Source of the DNA: an uncultured Methanomassiliicoccales archaeon
GTDB taxonomy: Archaea; Thermoplasmatota; Thermoplasmata; Methanomassiliicoccales; UBA472
Length of the DNA: 64,000 bases
NCBI GenBank assembly: GCA_963695345.1
Contig: OY968769.1
Coordinates: 928,001-992,000, forward strand
Direction of reading: 5' to 3'
The translations under genes were made by a program, and so were the position numbers. The first letter of the stretch is position 1. Each line of letters opens with the position of its first letter. Below the pieces are notes generated by a model, which was not told the DNA's origin, did not search any database, and worked only from the letters and a program-made list of their open reading frames with translations. Below, piece after piece: positions 9,051 through 19,049 of the stretch.

Positions 9051-9767
9051 TCAACTGGTGCCCCTGACCACGACCTTGCGCACATATCCTTTGGCGATCT
9101 CCGCCATGGCCCGGATCTTCTCCTCTGGATAGGGCGAGACCAGCTCCATTTTCTTCTCCAGGGTGGAATCGTTCTTGAACTGGTGCAGAGCGTATTTCTT
9201 GGACCCGCCGATGTAAGCGGCGATGGACTCGATGTCCTTCTCTTCCAGCAGGAACGGTACCACGGTGGTGCGGAACTCATGATCTACGCCCGAGTTCATC
9301 AGAATTAGTATCGAACGCTTGACCGCTTCAATATCTGGATTCACTCTCACTATCTCATGGTACTTCTCGTTCAGCGGAGCCTTGATGTCCATGGCGACAT
9401 AGTCGAGCATTCCGGAGCCAAGCAGGTCCTCCAGCATTACCGGGTTGGAGCCGTTGGTATCCAGTTTCACTTTCATTCCCAGGTCCCTGATCTTCGCGAT
9501 CAGTATCGGCAGGTCGGGATGGATGGTGGGCTCCCCGCCGGAGATCGCTATGCCGTCCAGGAAGTCCGCGTTGTCCCTGATGTAATCGGCGATGTCCTCG
9601 AACTCCAGCTCATCGAACACCGGCTCCATGGGGATCAGGTCGGGATTATGGCAGTATAAGCAGCGCCAGTTGCATCCCTGAAGATAGATGGTGGCCACCA
9701 CGTGTCCGTCCCAGTCGAGCAGGGATGTCTTGGAGAAACCGACGATCTTGAGACCCATCGATTCCAC
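9051..9767 (-). CDS. nrdG: Radical SAM activase, anaerobic ribonucleotide reductase activating protein (NrdG2 type)
   Basis: CNWRCLYC radical SAM motif, SGGEPT, KLDTNG, YVAMDIK, EFRTT. Confidence 0.85.
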   Translation of the reverse strand: MESMGLKIVGFSKTSLLDWDGHVVATIYLQGCNWRCLYCHNPDLIPMEPVFDELEFEDIADYIRDNADFLDGIAISGGEPTIHPDLPILIAKIRDLGMKVKLDTNGSNPVMLEDLLGSGMLDYVAMDIKAPLNEKYHEIVRVNPDIEAVKRSILILMNSGVDHEFRTTVVPFLLEEKDIESIAAYIGGSKKYALHQFKNDSTLEKKMELVSPYPEEKIRAMAEIAKGYVRKVVVRGTS

Positions 9768-9949
9768 GAACGGCGGACGAACATATTAATCGTATCCATG
9801 GAAGGGGCGGACCATACGTAGGATATCTGAGCACGTGCACCTGTGAAGGTGCGCGAGGGAGGTCATGACGAAAGTCATTGGTCCTCGGATGCGGGGCGGT
9901 CGATAGAAACCCTTTTTTGTCGGCACCCGCTTCGCTCGCAGGTCATCCT

Positions 9950-10432
9950 ATGGATTCCTTGACGGCGATCTCAGACATTGGCCGATCCCCGGGAGCGGAT
10001 GGCAACGACCGGTCATCACCGGAGCCGAACACCTTCGAACCCTCCATCGTGGCCTTCTGCTGCAATTGGTGCGCCTATGCCGGCGCCGACCTGGCCGGAG
10101 TGGGCCGGATCCAGTATCCCAGCAACATCCGGGTCGTCCGGGTCATGTGCTCGGGGCGGGTGGACCTGGGGATGATCATGCGCTGCTTCGAGATGGGCGC
10201 GGACGGGGTGATGGTCCTGGGATGCCACCTCGGCGATTGCCACTATTTCGCCGGCAACCGCAAGGCAGAGGTCAAGATGAAAGACTGCCAGGAGCTCCTG
10301 GACCTGATGGGGATCGACCCGCGGAGGCTATTGCTCCGCTGGGTATCGGCCGCCGAGGGCGCGCTGTTCGCTTCCACCGCCGCCGAGTTCACGGCATTGA
10401 TCAGAGGGCTGGGCCCGACCGGGAGGGACTGA
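9950..10432 (+). CDS. mvhD: MvhD-family [2Fe-2S] hydrogenase iron-sulfur (delta) subunit; start uncertain
   Basis: FCCNWCAYAGADLAG, RVMCSGRVD, GADGV..GCHLGDCHY..GN, WVSAAEG. Confidence 0.9.
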   Translation: MDSLTAISDIGRSPGADGNDRSSPEPNTFEPSIVAFCCNWCAYAGADLAGVGRIQYPSNIRVVRVMCSGRVDLGMIMRCFEMGADGVMVLGCHLGDCHYFAGNRKAEVKMKDCQELLDLMGIDPRRLLLRWVSAAEGALFASTAAEFTALIRGLGPTGRD

Positions 10433-10433
10433 A

Positions 10434-11576
10434 TTGGACCTGACCGATTCCGCCCGCAGGAACAACACCGCCGAATGCGTGGAATGCGGGAAATGCTCAT
10501 ACGCCTGCCCGGCCGCTCACCGGGACAACCGGTTCTCCCCCCGCCGGGTCATGGAGGATTTCGTCTCCGGCAGGGACCTGGACCACTGGGAGATATGGTC
10601 ATGCATGACCTGCGGAGCCTGCTCCGAGGTGTGCACATCGGGGGTTACGTTCCATGAGTTCATAAGGGACGTGAGGGCGGAATATAATTCGAAATACCCT
10701 CCGATCCAATCGCACAACGGCATCCTGAGGGAGATAAGAAGGACCGAGGCAGCAGGCAGGACCAGAGGCCACCGGGCCGACTGGGTGACCCCCGACCTGG
10801 ATCTGGACCCCGATTCGGATACGGCGCTCTTCGTGGGATGTACGCCGCTCTTCGATCGGCTGTTCAACGGTTTCGCCAAAGACATGTTGGAGATGCCCCG
10901 TTCCGCCGTCAGGCTGCTCAACGCGATCGGGATAAGGCCAAAGCTGGTCGATGAGGAGCTCTGCTGCGGCCACGACTCCTACTGGTTGGGAGAGGAGGAG
11001 ACCTTTGTCAAACTGGCCAGGCTCAGCGCGGAAAAGCTGAAGAGAACTGGGGCGAAACGGGTGGTCACGTTCTGCCCGGAATGCCACCATACCCTGAAGG
11101 AGATATATCCGCGAGTGGTGCCGGATTTCGACATGGATGTGGTCAACCTCTCGGAGCTGGTAGGAAAGGCGGTGATCGATGGAGGGATGAACCTATCATC
11201 CGGTGACGAGAAGTACACATTCCATGACCCGTGCAAACTGGTGCGGTTCTCGGACCTATCAGAGGAGCCCCGGGCGGTCCTGAGGAGTTGCGGCGAATTG
11301 ATCGAGATGCCCCGTTCCGGCACATCATCGGCCTGCTGTGGAAATCCGTGCTGGGCCAACTGCGACGACGATACCAAGAAATGGCAGGTGGAACGGCTGA
11401 AGGAGGCAAGGGAGACCGGAGCGGGAACACTGGTCACCGCCTGTCCCAAGTGCTACGTCCATCTTTCCTGTGCCCAGAAGGGATACGGGACCCACAAGGA
11501 CCGGGAGCGGGTGCCGATCATAGACCTGCACGTGCTGGCCGCATCCAGGATAACGAAACTGGAAAAGGGGACCTGA
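10434..11576 (+). CDS. HdrD-like Fe-S oxidoreductase (2x[4Fe-4S] + two CCG domains)
   Basis: CVECGKCSYACP, CMTCGACSEVC, FVGC..CCG..CPEC, HDPC..CCG..CPKC; TTG start 1 nt after mvhD stop. Confidence 0.85.
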   Translation: MDLTDSARRNNTAECVECGKCSYACPAAHRDNRFSPRRVMEDFVSGRDLDHWEIWSCMTCGACSEVCTSGVTFHEFIRDVRAEYNSKYPPIQSHNGILREIRRTEAAGRTRGHRADWVTPDLDLDPDSDTALFVGCTPLFDRLFNGFAKDMLEMPRSAVRLLNAIGIRPKLVDEELCCGHDSYWLGEEETFVKLARLSAEKLKRTGAKRVVTFCPECHHTLKEIYPRVVPDFDMDVVNLSELVGKAVIDGGMNLSSGDEKYTFHDPCKLVRFSDLSEEPRAVLRSCGELIEMPRSGTSSACCGNPCWANCDDDTKKWQVERLKEARETGAGTLVTACPKCYVHLSCAQKGYGTHKDRERVPIIDLHVLAASRITKLEKGT

Positions 11577-11577
11577 T

Positions 11578-11763
11578 CTATTTCTTCTCGTCCTCGATTT
11601 TCATTATGGGGGCGGAATGCTTGTTCTTCATGTGTCCGCCAGGCCCTCCGCGTTCCAGCAGGGCTTTCTCCACGCACTCCTCGTTCTTGCATAGGAACGC
11701 GGCGAAAGCGAACTGCTTGGCCGGTCCGCCGCATATTTGGCATTTCTCCTTCTCGATGTCCAT
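11578..11763 (-). CDS. Small zinc-finger-like hypothetical protein
   Basis: CQIC...CKNEEC, RGGPGGH; clean coding pattern in an intergenic gap; start could be 11781. Confidence 0.6.
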   Translation of the reverse strand: MDIEKEKCQICGGPAKQFAFAAFLCKNEECVEKALLERGGPGGHMKNKHSAPIMKIEDEKK

Positions 11764-11967
11764 CGCTACTCTCAGCGCCATTGAACGATATGGTTTTTGT
11801 GTCCGATAGAACGGAACGTTGCTGGTAGATCAAATGATCCGAAACAGTGATCGATCAAAGCTTTTTGCCGATGAGCGAGATGGCGTACTGGCATGATTAG
11901 GGGACGGGAGCGGGACGGAGCCGCCTCGTCTGATAAATAATCGAATATCCATCCATCCTCGATATTC

Positions 11968-12442
11968 ATGATGGTCTGCCCCAATTGCGGAAGGACAGTG
12001 ACGGATGAATCCATGCTCGTTCTGTCCCGCCTGCGGTTTTTCCTTCACTCAGCAGCCGAACCACCCATACCCGCCGGTACCGTACGGCCAACAGCAGTAT
12101 GGCCAACCGGGCTATCCGCACAAAAGCACAGCAATTGCCTTAATCCTGTCGTTCTTCTTCGCCGGGCTGGGCCAATTGTACGTCGGCAAGATAAAACGCG
12201 GCATCGCGTTCATCCTGGCGTTCGTCCTCCTCTCGGTGCTCTCCAGTGTGCTAACCCTGAACATCGAATACAACGATGTCGAAGCGATAAGGGGACTTCT
12301 GTCCAACGGGGCGTTCATCGCGATCATGCTGGTCAGCCTGGGTTTCTGGCTCTACAACATGTACGATGCCTACCGCCAGGCGAGGAAATTCAACGACGCC
12401 AGCGTGCGGAACGACCTGGCCCGGTTCCTGAGGCAGTTCTGA
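11968..12442 (+). CDS. Zinc-ribbon + TM2-like membrane protein (apparent +1 frameshift near 12015)
   Basis: CPNCG in one frame joins FCPACG in the next; P/Y/Q-rich linker; KSTAIALILSFFFAGLGQLYVG TM2-like motif. Confidence 0.75.
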
Positions 12443-12507
12443 ACCTTGCCCCAGGTTCGGGACGACAATAGGAAAGAGTAAAATCCGGTGGCGCCGATGC
12501 TTGGCGC

Positions 12508-12990
12508 ATGAAAGCCTCGGGTGCCGGCACCACCGATCTTGACCACCTCCTTACCGGATGGTCGATCTGGAAATGCCAGCAATGCGGCCTTTGCTCGGGG
12601 ATATGTCCTTCCGAGAAGGCCGGAGGGATCCGCCCGATCGAGATCCTCGCCCGGGCCAGCCAAGGAATTCTGGACCTCCGGGAAGAACGCTCCCTATGGC
12701 TTTGCGCCGTGTGCAATTCATGCACGGAGAGATGTCAGATGGATGTCGATCCGTCGGCGATCATCATGACCCTGAGAGAAGAGGCGGCGGCCCGGGGCAA
12801 CGTCCCGAAGCACTTCTCCGAGGAGGCGAAGCTGTTCATTCGGTCCGGGCTATCGTTCCCCAACACCGGAATGACCAAGAAGCTGAGGAAGGACCTGGGG
12901 TTGGAGGACCTGACCGTATCGGCGGAAACGATGGAACAACTGGCCATGCTGGTCAAGAGGACCCGGCTGGGAGGCCTCCGAATTGAATGA
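12508..12990 (+). CDS. hdrC: Heterodisulfide reductase subunit C-like ferredoxin
   Basis: CQQCGLCSGICP and LWLCAVCNSCTERC; overlaps hdrB start. Confidence 0.85.
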   Translation: MKASGAGTTDLDHLLTGWSIWKCQQCGLCSGICPSEKAGGIRPIEILARASQGILDLREERSLWLCAVCNSCTERCQMDVDPSAIIMTLREEAAARGNVPKHFSEEAKLFIRSGLSFPNTGMTKKLRKDLGLEDLTVSAETMEQLAMLVKRTRLGGLRIE

Positions 12991-13810
12991 GAAATATCTG
13001 CTATTCCGAGGATGCCTCATCCCGACCAGGCTTCCGTTCCTGGAACGTTCTTCCCTGTTCGTACTGGATAAGCTGGGAATTGAGCAGGACCAGATGGCGG
13101 GGGCGACCTGCTGTGTGGAGCCGATCGGCCTTCGGTCGCTGGCCGAGGATACCTGGCTGATGGTGACGGCGAGGATGCTGGCGCTGGCCGAGAAGAGCGG
13201 CAGGGATATCCTGTCATTGTGCAACGGATGCTACCTGTCATTGGAAGAGTCCAGGCAGGCACTTGAGGACGAAACCACCAGGGCAAAGGTGAACGCAATG
13301 CTCGGGGAGATTGGGCTGCAATACACCGGCAATGTCCGGGTCAGGCATTTCGCCGACATCGTCATGGAGGCGGGCGAGGAAAAGGTCCGCTCCCTGGTCT
13401 GCGCTCCGCAGGACAAGCTCAAGCTGGCAGCGCATCCGGGATGCCATATGGTCAGACCATCGGCGAAGCTGAGGATCGATGATAGCTTCGCCCCCAAGGT
13501 TCTGGACGAGATAGCTTCCTGGTGCGGGTCCGAGGTCATGGTCAGTGAGAAGTGGCCGAAATGCTGTGGCGGCGGGATCGCCGGCATCGATGAGAAGGTC
13601 TCCTCCCGCATGTTGGAGGACTCCACGTCCTCGTTCCGTCCCAGCGGCGCCAACTGCATAGTGACGCCCTGCCCTTTCTGCTTCGTCCAGTTCGACCTCA
13701 GACAGAAGGATGGACTGCCGGTGCTGTACTTGGCCGAACTGCTCGCCCTGGCCTTCGGCGCTACCTCTGAGCAGATAGGATTGAAGTATCACAAGACCCG
13801 GTTGCCCTGA
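12983..13810 (+). CDS. hdrB: Heterodisulfide reductase subunit B-like protein
   Basis: FRGC..TCC..CNGC and HPGCH..CCGGG..CPFC (two CCG domains), PVLYLAELLALAFG. Confidence 0.88.
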   Translation: MNEKYLLFRGCLIPTRLPFLERSSLFVLDKLGIEQDQMAGATCCVEPIGLRSLAEDTWLMVTARMLALAEKSGRDILSLCNGCYLSLEESRQALEDETTRAKVNAMLGEIGLQYTGNVRVRHFADIVMEAGEEKVRSLVCAPQDKLKLAAHPGCHMVRPSAKLRIDDSFAPKVLDEIASWCGSEVMVSEKWPKCCGGGIAGIDEKVSSRMLEDSTSSFRPSGANCIVTPCPFCFVQFDLRQKDGLPVLYLAELLALAFGATSEQIGLKYHKTRLP

Positions 13811-14643
13811 TCAGTAGCGGTAGACCCGGGTGACGCTGAGGGAGAACTGGATAGCCTTCGCGGAGTGCGTGATCCAGCCGATGGAGATGACGTCGGCGTG
13901 CTTGGCGTACTCGGAGGCGTTTTGCGGAGTTATTCCCCCGGAAACCTCTACCGTGATGCGCGGATCGATCTCCTTGATCGCCAGGTAGCTTTCTTCCGCG
14001 TCCTTGGGTGACATATTGTCGAGCATGATGATGTCCGCACCGGCCCTGGCCGCTTCCTTGGCCTGGTCCAATACTACCACCTCGACCTCCACCTTCTTGC
14101 TGAAGGAGTAGGACTTGGCCTTCCTGACCGCCTCTGTCACCGACCCGACGATTATCAGGTGGTTGTCCTTGATCAGGATCATGTCATCAAGCCGGTTACG
14201 GTGCGGGTCTCCCCCGCCCAGTATGACGGCTTTCTTCTCGTAGAAACGGAATCCGGGAGTGGTCTTCCTGGTCGCGGCCACTCTGCACGTTCTTGTTCAT
14301 GCGGCGGCAATCCCACAGTATCTTCGATGTGACCGTGGCTATGCCAGACATCCTCATGATGAAGTTGAGGGCGGTTCGCTCGCCTAAAAGTATCGCCTTC
14401 AGGGGGCCGTGTATGGTCATGACCACGGTTCCCTTCTTGATCTGGCACCCTTCCTCCACCTGGGCCCGGGCATCCAGATCGAGGCCTTTGAACAGCTCGG
14501 CGGCCTCGGCTAGGCCGGCGATCGACACAGTCCTCATTGGCGACTATCTCCGACTCTCCGCCTTCGTTCCCGATGAGAAGGTCCGAGGTTATGTCCCCGT
14601 ACCCCTCATCCTCGGCTAGCATGTCCTCCATGCGCATGACCAT
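13811..14643 (-). CDS. nadC: Nicotinate-nucleotide pyrophosphorylase (QPRTase); two apparent +1 frameshifts (~14524, ~14285)
   Basis: EDEGYGDIT, GERTALNF..RMSGIAT, ATRKTTPG, HR..LDD..LIKDNH, EVEV, IMLDN, EVSGGI spread over three frames; GGAGGTG upstream. Confidence 0.88.
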
Positions 14644-14677
14644 ACTACGGCACCTCCGAGGGAAATAGCTATTGGTC

Positions 14678-15931
14678 CTATAGCTCGAACTCCTCACCGG
14701 GCATGGGGAGATGCATCTTGAACTCGTCCTTCAGGTCGTTGGCCAGGGCCTGACGGTTGTCGGAGTGCATCAGCACTACGTTCTCCGGGTTGCATGCCCG
14801 GATGAACTTCAGCAGCTCATTGTGGTCGGCGTGGGCCGACAGATCGAACTGCTGTACCTGGCAGGCGACGCGCATCGAGGCCGGCACTTCCTCCGGGGCG
14901 GAACCGGGCTGCCTGATGTCAATGGCACCGTTGTCGATGAGCCGGCGTCCGTTGGAACCGTCCACCTGGAAGCCGGTCATGAGGACCGAGCTCTTGGGGT
15001 TGTCCCGTTCCTGCTGCAGGTAACGAATGACCGGACCTCCGTCGAGCATTCCTCCGGTGGTGACGATGACCTCGCCCTCCATGGCCTTCTCGCGGGCCGC
15101 GGCACCGCGGACCTCGTTGAAGCGCCTCTTCGCGTGACGCATGTCCCGTTCCGAGCGGATGTACTCAGGCTGTTCCAGGTAGAGACGGTTGACGGTCTTT
15201 CCCATGCCGTCGACCCACATGTCGTACTTCAGGTCCTTCAGGATCAGCATGACCTCTTGGGTACGGCCGACGGCAAAACAGGGGATGATGGCCTTTCCGC
15301 CGCCCTCGACGGTCTCCTTGACCTTCTCGATCAGCTTCTGTTCCTCCTTCTTTCGGTCCGGGTGAAGACGCCCAGCGTAGGTGGCCTCGATGATCAGGTT
15401 GTCGCACTTGACCGGGTGAGCGCCCCAGGTCAGGTTGGTGTTGTAGGTGTGCAGGTCGCCGGTGAACACGGTGGTGTTGTCACCGCGCAGCTCGTACATC
15501 GCCGCACCCGGAACGTGACCGGCGGAATGGGACTCGACCTCGAACCCGGCGACGTCCATGACATCCCCGAACTTCATCGGACGGAAGCACCGCATGGCCG
15601 CCTTGATGTCGCTCTCGTTGAACGGCCGCGGGTATCCTTCCGAGTCCGCCACCTTGAGCGTGTCGTTCATCAGCAGCTCGCAGACGGCTACGGTCGACGG
15701 GGTGGTGTGCACCTTGGTGCCGTACTTGCCGCACAACCATGGGATCATTCCGGAATGGTCGATGTGGCAGTGCGTCAGGAACGCGGTCTCCAGCGGCGGG
15801 GCCGGTATGGGGTACTCTGGCGGTTTGATCGGTTTCATGCCATATTCGAACAGCAGATTGGCGCCCTTGTTGTTGAGCAGCATTCCGAGCCTGCCAACGA
15901 CGTCCGCGCCCCCTAGGAACTTCAATTTCAT
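14678..15931 (-). CDS. Metallo-beta-lactamase/beta-CASP ribonuclease (aCPSF2-like, no KH domains)
   Basis: THCHIDH, AGHVPG, TGD, EATY, AVGRTQE, SAHAD. Confidence 0.9.
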   Translation of the reverse strand: MKLKFLGGADVVGRLGMLLNNKGANLLFEYGMKPIKPPEYPIPAPPLETAFLTHCHIDHSGMIPWLCGKYGTKVHTTPSTVAVCELLMNDTLKVADSEGYPRPFNESDIKAAMRCFRPMKFGDVMDVAGFEVESHSAGHVPGAAMYELRGDNTTVFTGDLHTYNTNLTWGAHPVKCDNLIIEATYAGRLHPDRKKEEQKLIEKVKETVEGGGKAIIPCFAVGRTQEVMLILKDLKYDMWVDGMGKTVNRLYLEQPEYIRSERDMRHAKRRFNEVRGAAAREKAMEGEVIVTTGGMLDGGPVIRYLQQERDNPKSSVLMTGFQVDGSNGRRLIDNGAIDIRQPGSAPEEVPASMRVACQVQQFDLSAHADHNELLKFIRACNPENVVLMHSDNRQALANDLKDEFKMHLPMPGEEFEL

Positions 15932-15999
15932 TCTTTTCTACCTCTTTCGTTTTTGTCTCTTGCAAGATGTTAATGGTTGTTATGCTAGGACTGTGAGTT

Positions 16000-16417
16000 T
16001 CATTCCCCTACCAGCTGAATTATCAGCTTTCTCGGTCTTCCGCCATTGTCCAGTTCCATGAGCACAATGCTCTGCCAGATGCCGATATCAAGGGAAGCAT
16101 CGTTGAACGGAACGGAGACCGACTGACCGAAGGCCGAAGCCCTGATGTGCGAGTGGCCATTGCCTTCCCCGCCGACGTTATGAGCATATCCTAACCCCTT
16201 GGGGAAAACCTTTTCCATGGACCTGATAAGGTCAGATCGCAGGCCCGGCTCGTTCTCGGTGATGAAAACCGCCGCGGTGGTATGGGTGACGAAGATGCAG
16301 GCGATGCCGGCCTTCAAGCCAGAATCTATTTACCGCCTCGCTGACCTTCCCGGTCAGATCGACGATTTCGCCTTCCTCCTTCGTTGATATGTTCAAGATT
16401 GTCCGGAACACTCCCAT
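16000..16417 (-). CDS. yjbQ: YjbQ/UPF0047 family protein (apparent +1 frameshift ~16330)
   Basis: HTTAAVFITENEPGL, YAHN..GNGHSH, GIWQSIVLMELD; N-terminus in adjacent frame. Confidence 0.85.
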
Positions 16418-16580
16418 TGATTTTCGACCAGGCTAGACGTGGTACGGTATAAATAGGTTGAGGTGAAACCCACCTGCCGATTCCGATATGCAGTGGTCAG
16501 CTGGCTTGCAATTTCCTATCGGCATGCCGAACTTCTGCAGGGAAGGTTTATCTAACTCACACTCGCATGACCTTAATCGC

Positions 16581-16934
16581 TTGTCCGACTTTGCATTTCC
16601 CGGGTTCCGTCAACCCAAGGAATTAGAGAAGGTTTGGCTGACCTCAGGCTTCAGGGCCATGATCATCGCGAGAGGGATAGAGAAGGCTGGTTCCCTGAAC
16701 GAGCTAGGACGTCAGATGGGATATCGCTCCCGGGTCCATCCGGGTTGGAGCGTGGTCCAGATACTTCTGGGAAGGCAGGCGTTCCCCGCCGACCGGCTAA
16801 AGCTCCTGAGCACTTATATCAACTATCCATTCGATGAGATGCTCAAGCATCAGACGAGGTCCCGCGCCATCACCCCTGAGGGAACCAGGGAAGCGTTGCG
16901 GGAAAACAATCTGATGTGCTACATGCCGAAGTAA
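16581..16934 (+). CDS. Hypothetical protein with probable HTH; start uncertain
   Basis: AGSLNELGRQMGY..WSVVQIL HTH-like segment; TTTATC TATA-like element ~30 nt upstream of TTG. Confidence 0.6.
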   Translation: MSDFAFPGFRQPKELEKVWLTSGFRAMIIARGIEKAGSLNELGRQMGYRSRVHPGWSVVQILLGRQAFPADRLKLLSTYINYPFDEMLKHQTRSRAITPEGTREALRENNLMCYMPK

Positions 16935-17014
16935 CGTCCCCCGGCACCGAACCCCAAGTTCTTTATATTCACCTGTCGATTTTCATTTGTCTGACATACG
17001 TCAGACCGAGGGGG

Positions 17015-18014
17015 ATGGGAATGAATTTCAGGCGACAGGCGCATCACGAAGGACCAGGCCACCAAGATCGCTCATGAAGAGCGGAGTGTACCGGCTTTCC
17101 GATGAGAGTGAGGATAGGGAGAAGCCGAAACGGTCATGGTTGCTATCATCATCTTCGGACGACCCTTTCAATTACTGGTCTGCCGTGAAATACGGCAGCG
17201 TCCTGATGTTCCTGCTCTGGTGGATCCCGATCTTCGGACCCATGATAGCGGGATACGTTGCCGGTCAGAAGGGCTGGCACCCCGATCAAGGGGGTCTTCG
17301 CAGTCAGCATACCCCTGGCCATCGTTTTCTTCGTGGCCACGATGGTCACGATCAAGTTCATCCCCACCGTTTGGTTCGGCATCGACCTCGCCCCAGAGGC
17401 GATATTCGGCGGCACTAGGCCAAGGCCATACCGGCCTTCGGACCTTTGGCCGACTTCACGACTGGTTACCTTCAATCCTTCATCGGGACGATCCAGGGCA
17501 GTACCGGCGTACGCCTGGACTTCTACATCCTGGCATTGGCGTTCGCCTACATCGGAGGGGCCATGGCCATCCAGTCGCTGCGGGAGATGGAGTACGTCGT
17601 CAAGCACGGAGGAGACCGCGGCACGCATGTGCATGTCGGAAGCGCCCGAAATCCAAGGGGAAGAAGGGTCTTTGGCTATTGGGTAAGCGGAAGGGAAAGG
17701 GAAAGGGCCGGAAGAAGGAAGAGGACGATGAGGAAGGGCCGGTCAGGTCGCCATCCGTCCATTTCAATGACTTGAAGGAGACCTCGGGAGCCGGAAAGAG
17801 CTTCACCCACGCCCCCGCCGCCCACTCCAGGACCCTGGAGAAGGCGATGGAGGAGGAGGAGAGGACGAGCCGGTCAGGAAACACCGGCAGAAGGAGTTCG
17901 AGCGAAACCTGAATAGGGCGAAGCATGAGGTTCCGGTAAGGGCGACGCATGCGCAGCACAAGAAGCTGGACAACGAGCAAGAAATCGGAATCCGACGACT
18001 TCCGATTCGTCTGA
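17015..18014 (+). CDS. Hypothetical multi-pass membrane protein broken by several frameshifts
   Basis: LLWWIPIFGPMIAGYVAG(R)RAG motif, further TM segments and charged C-terminal tail ending ESDDFRFV* spread over frames; boundaries approximate. Confidence 0.55.
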
Positions 18015-18096
18015 ACCAATCAATCGCCCTGGAATGACGGTGGAGAAGAAGAATATAAATATGGAAGTAAATTTCCTGCGAGTTGGCGAAATCTAA

Positions 18097-18402
18097 ATGT
18101 TCTGTCCTACATGTAAAGCCCTTGCGTTGCCGAAGAACGGCAAGATCTGGTGCAACCGATGCCAGAAAGAGTATGACGTGACCGCCAACAAGGCTGACAC
18201 ATGCGTCATCAGGGGCAAGGAGAAGGAGCAGATGGTGGTTGAGAACTCGGCGCCGACGTTGCCCAAGACCAAGGTCGAATGCCCCAAGTGCAAGCACAAT
18301 GAGGCTTTCTGGGTGCTCAGGCAGACCAGGGCGGCGGATGAACCCGAGACCAAGATCTATCGTTGCTGTGAATGCGGTGCCTCCTGGCGCGAGTACGGTT
18401 AA
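18097..18402 (+). CDS. tfs: Transcription elongation/cleavage factor TFS (RpoM)
   Basis: N-ribbon MFCPTC..WCNRC; C-ribbon CPKC..QTRAADEPET.IYRC.EC with catalytic DE. Confidence 0.95.
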   Translation: MFCPTCKALALPKNGKIWCNRCQKEYDVTANKADTCVIRGKEKEQMVVENSAPTLPKTKVECPKCKHNEAFWVLRQTRAADEPETKIYRCCECGASWREYG

Positions 18403-18707
18403 ATTTCAGCCGTAACTTGCCTTACCGGGCGCCCTAGCGTTCCCAACTGTCGGTTTTTAAGTTGGTCGGAACATGAGGATGGTCGCCGAATCCTGCATGT
18501 TCTCCGATGACGCCTGAAACAGCCCCACATGTTAACGGTTGGGATGACCGATCTCGATCGGGGCGATGTTCATCTGTTTCTGTCAGGCCAAGAATGGATC
18601 ATGTCTTGGCTATCCCTCCCCATATTGGATCCCGAGATACTATCTAGGAGCGGGTTGGACAATCCTGGAAGGAATCATCTAAGGTCAACTCCCGTAACTC
18701 CTATTGA

Positions 18708-19046
18708 TCAGCTCTTTTCGGTGGACCTCATCAACTTGATCACGAGAAACCGAAGATCGGAGCCACCTTGATTCATGAGACGATGGGGAATCTTAGCGGG
18801 TGAATAGATCAGTTCATCTGTTCTCACATGTCGAATTTCATCCTCGATCTCGATTTCCCCTTCACCCTGGAGCACATAGAAGATCACATCGACCGGAGTG
18901 ATATGCTTCTTCAGTGCCTCACCGGGCAGAAGCCTGATCTGCGATACCTGGGCATCATCATTGTCCAATAACCGTTTCATCTCCACCCCGTGACCGTTCG
19001 GGCATGTGGGCAGCTCCTTCAGACTTACAACTTGCATTTGTTTCAC
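18708..19046 (-). CDS. Cupin-2 domain protein
   Basis: LLPGEALKKHITP..IFYVLQGEG, PAKIPHRLMN. Confidence 0.85.
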   Translation of the reverse strand: MKQMQVVSLKELPTCPNGHGVEMKRLLDNDDAQVSQIRLLPGEALKKHITPVDVIFYVLQGEGEIEIEDEIRHVRTDELIYSPAKIPHRLMNQGGSDLRFLVIKLMRSTEKS

Positions 19047-19049
19047 ACC

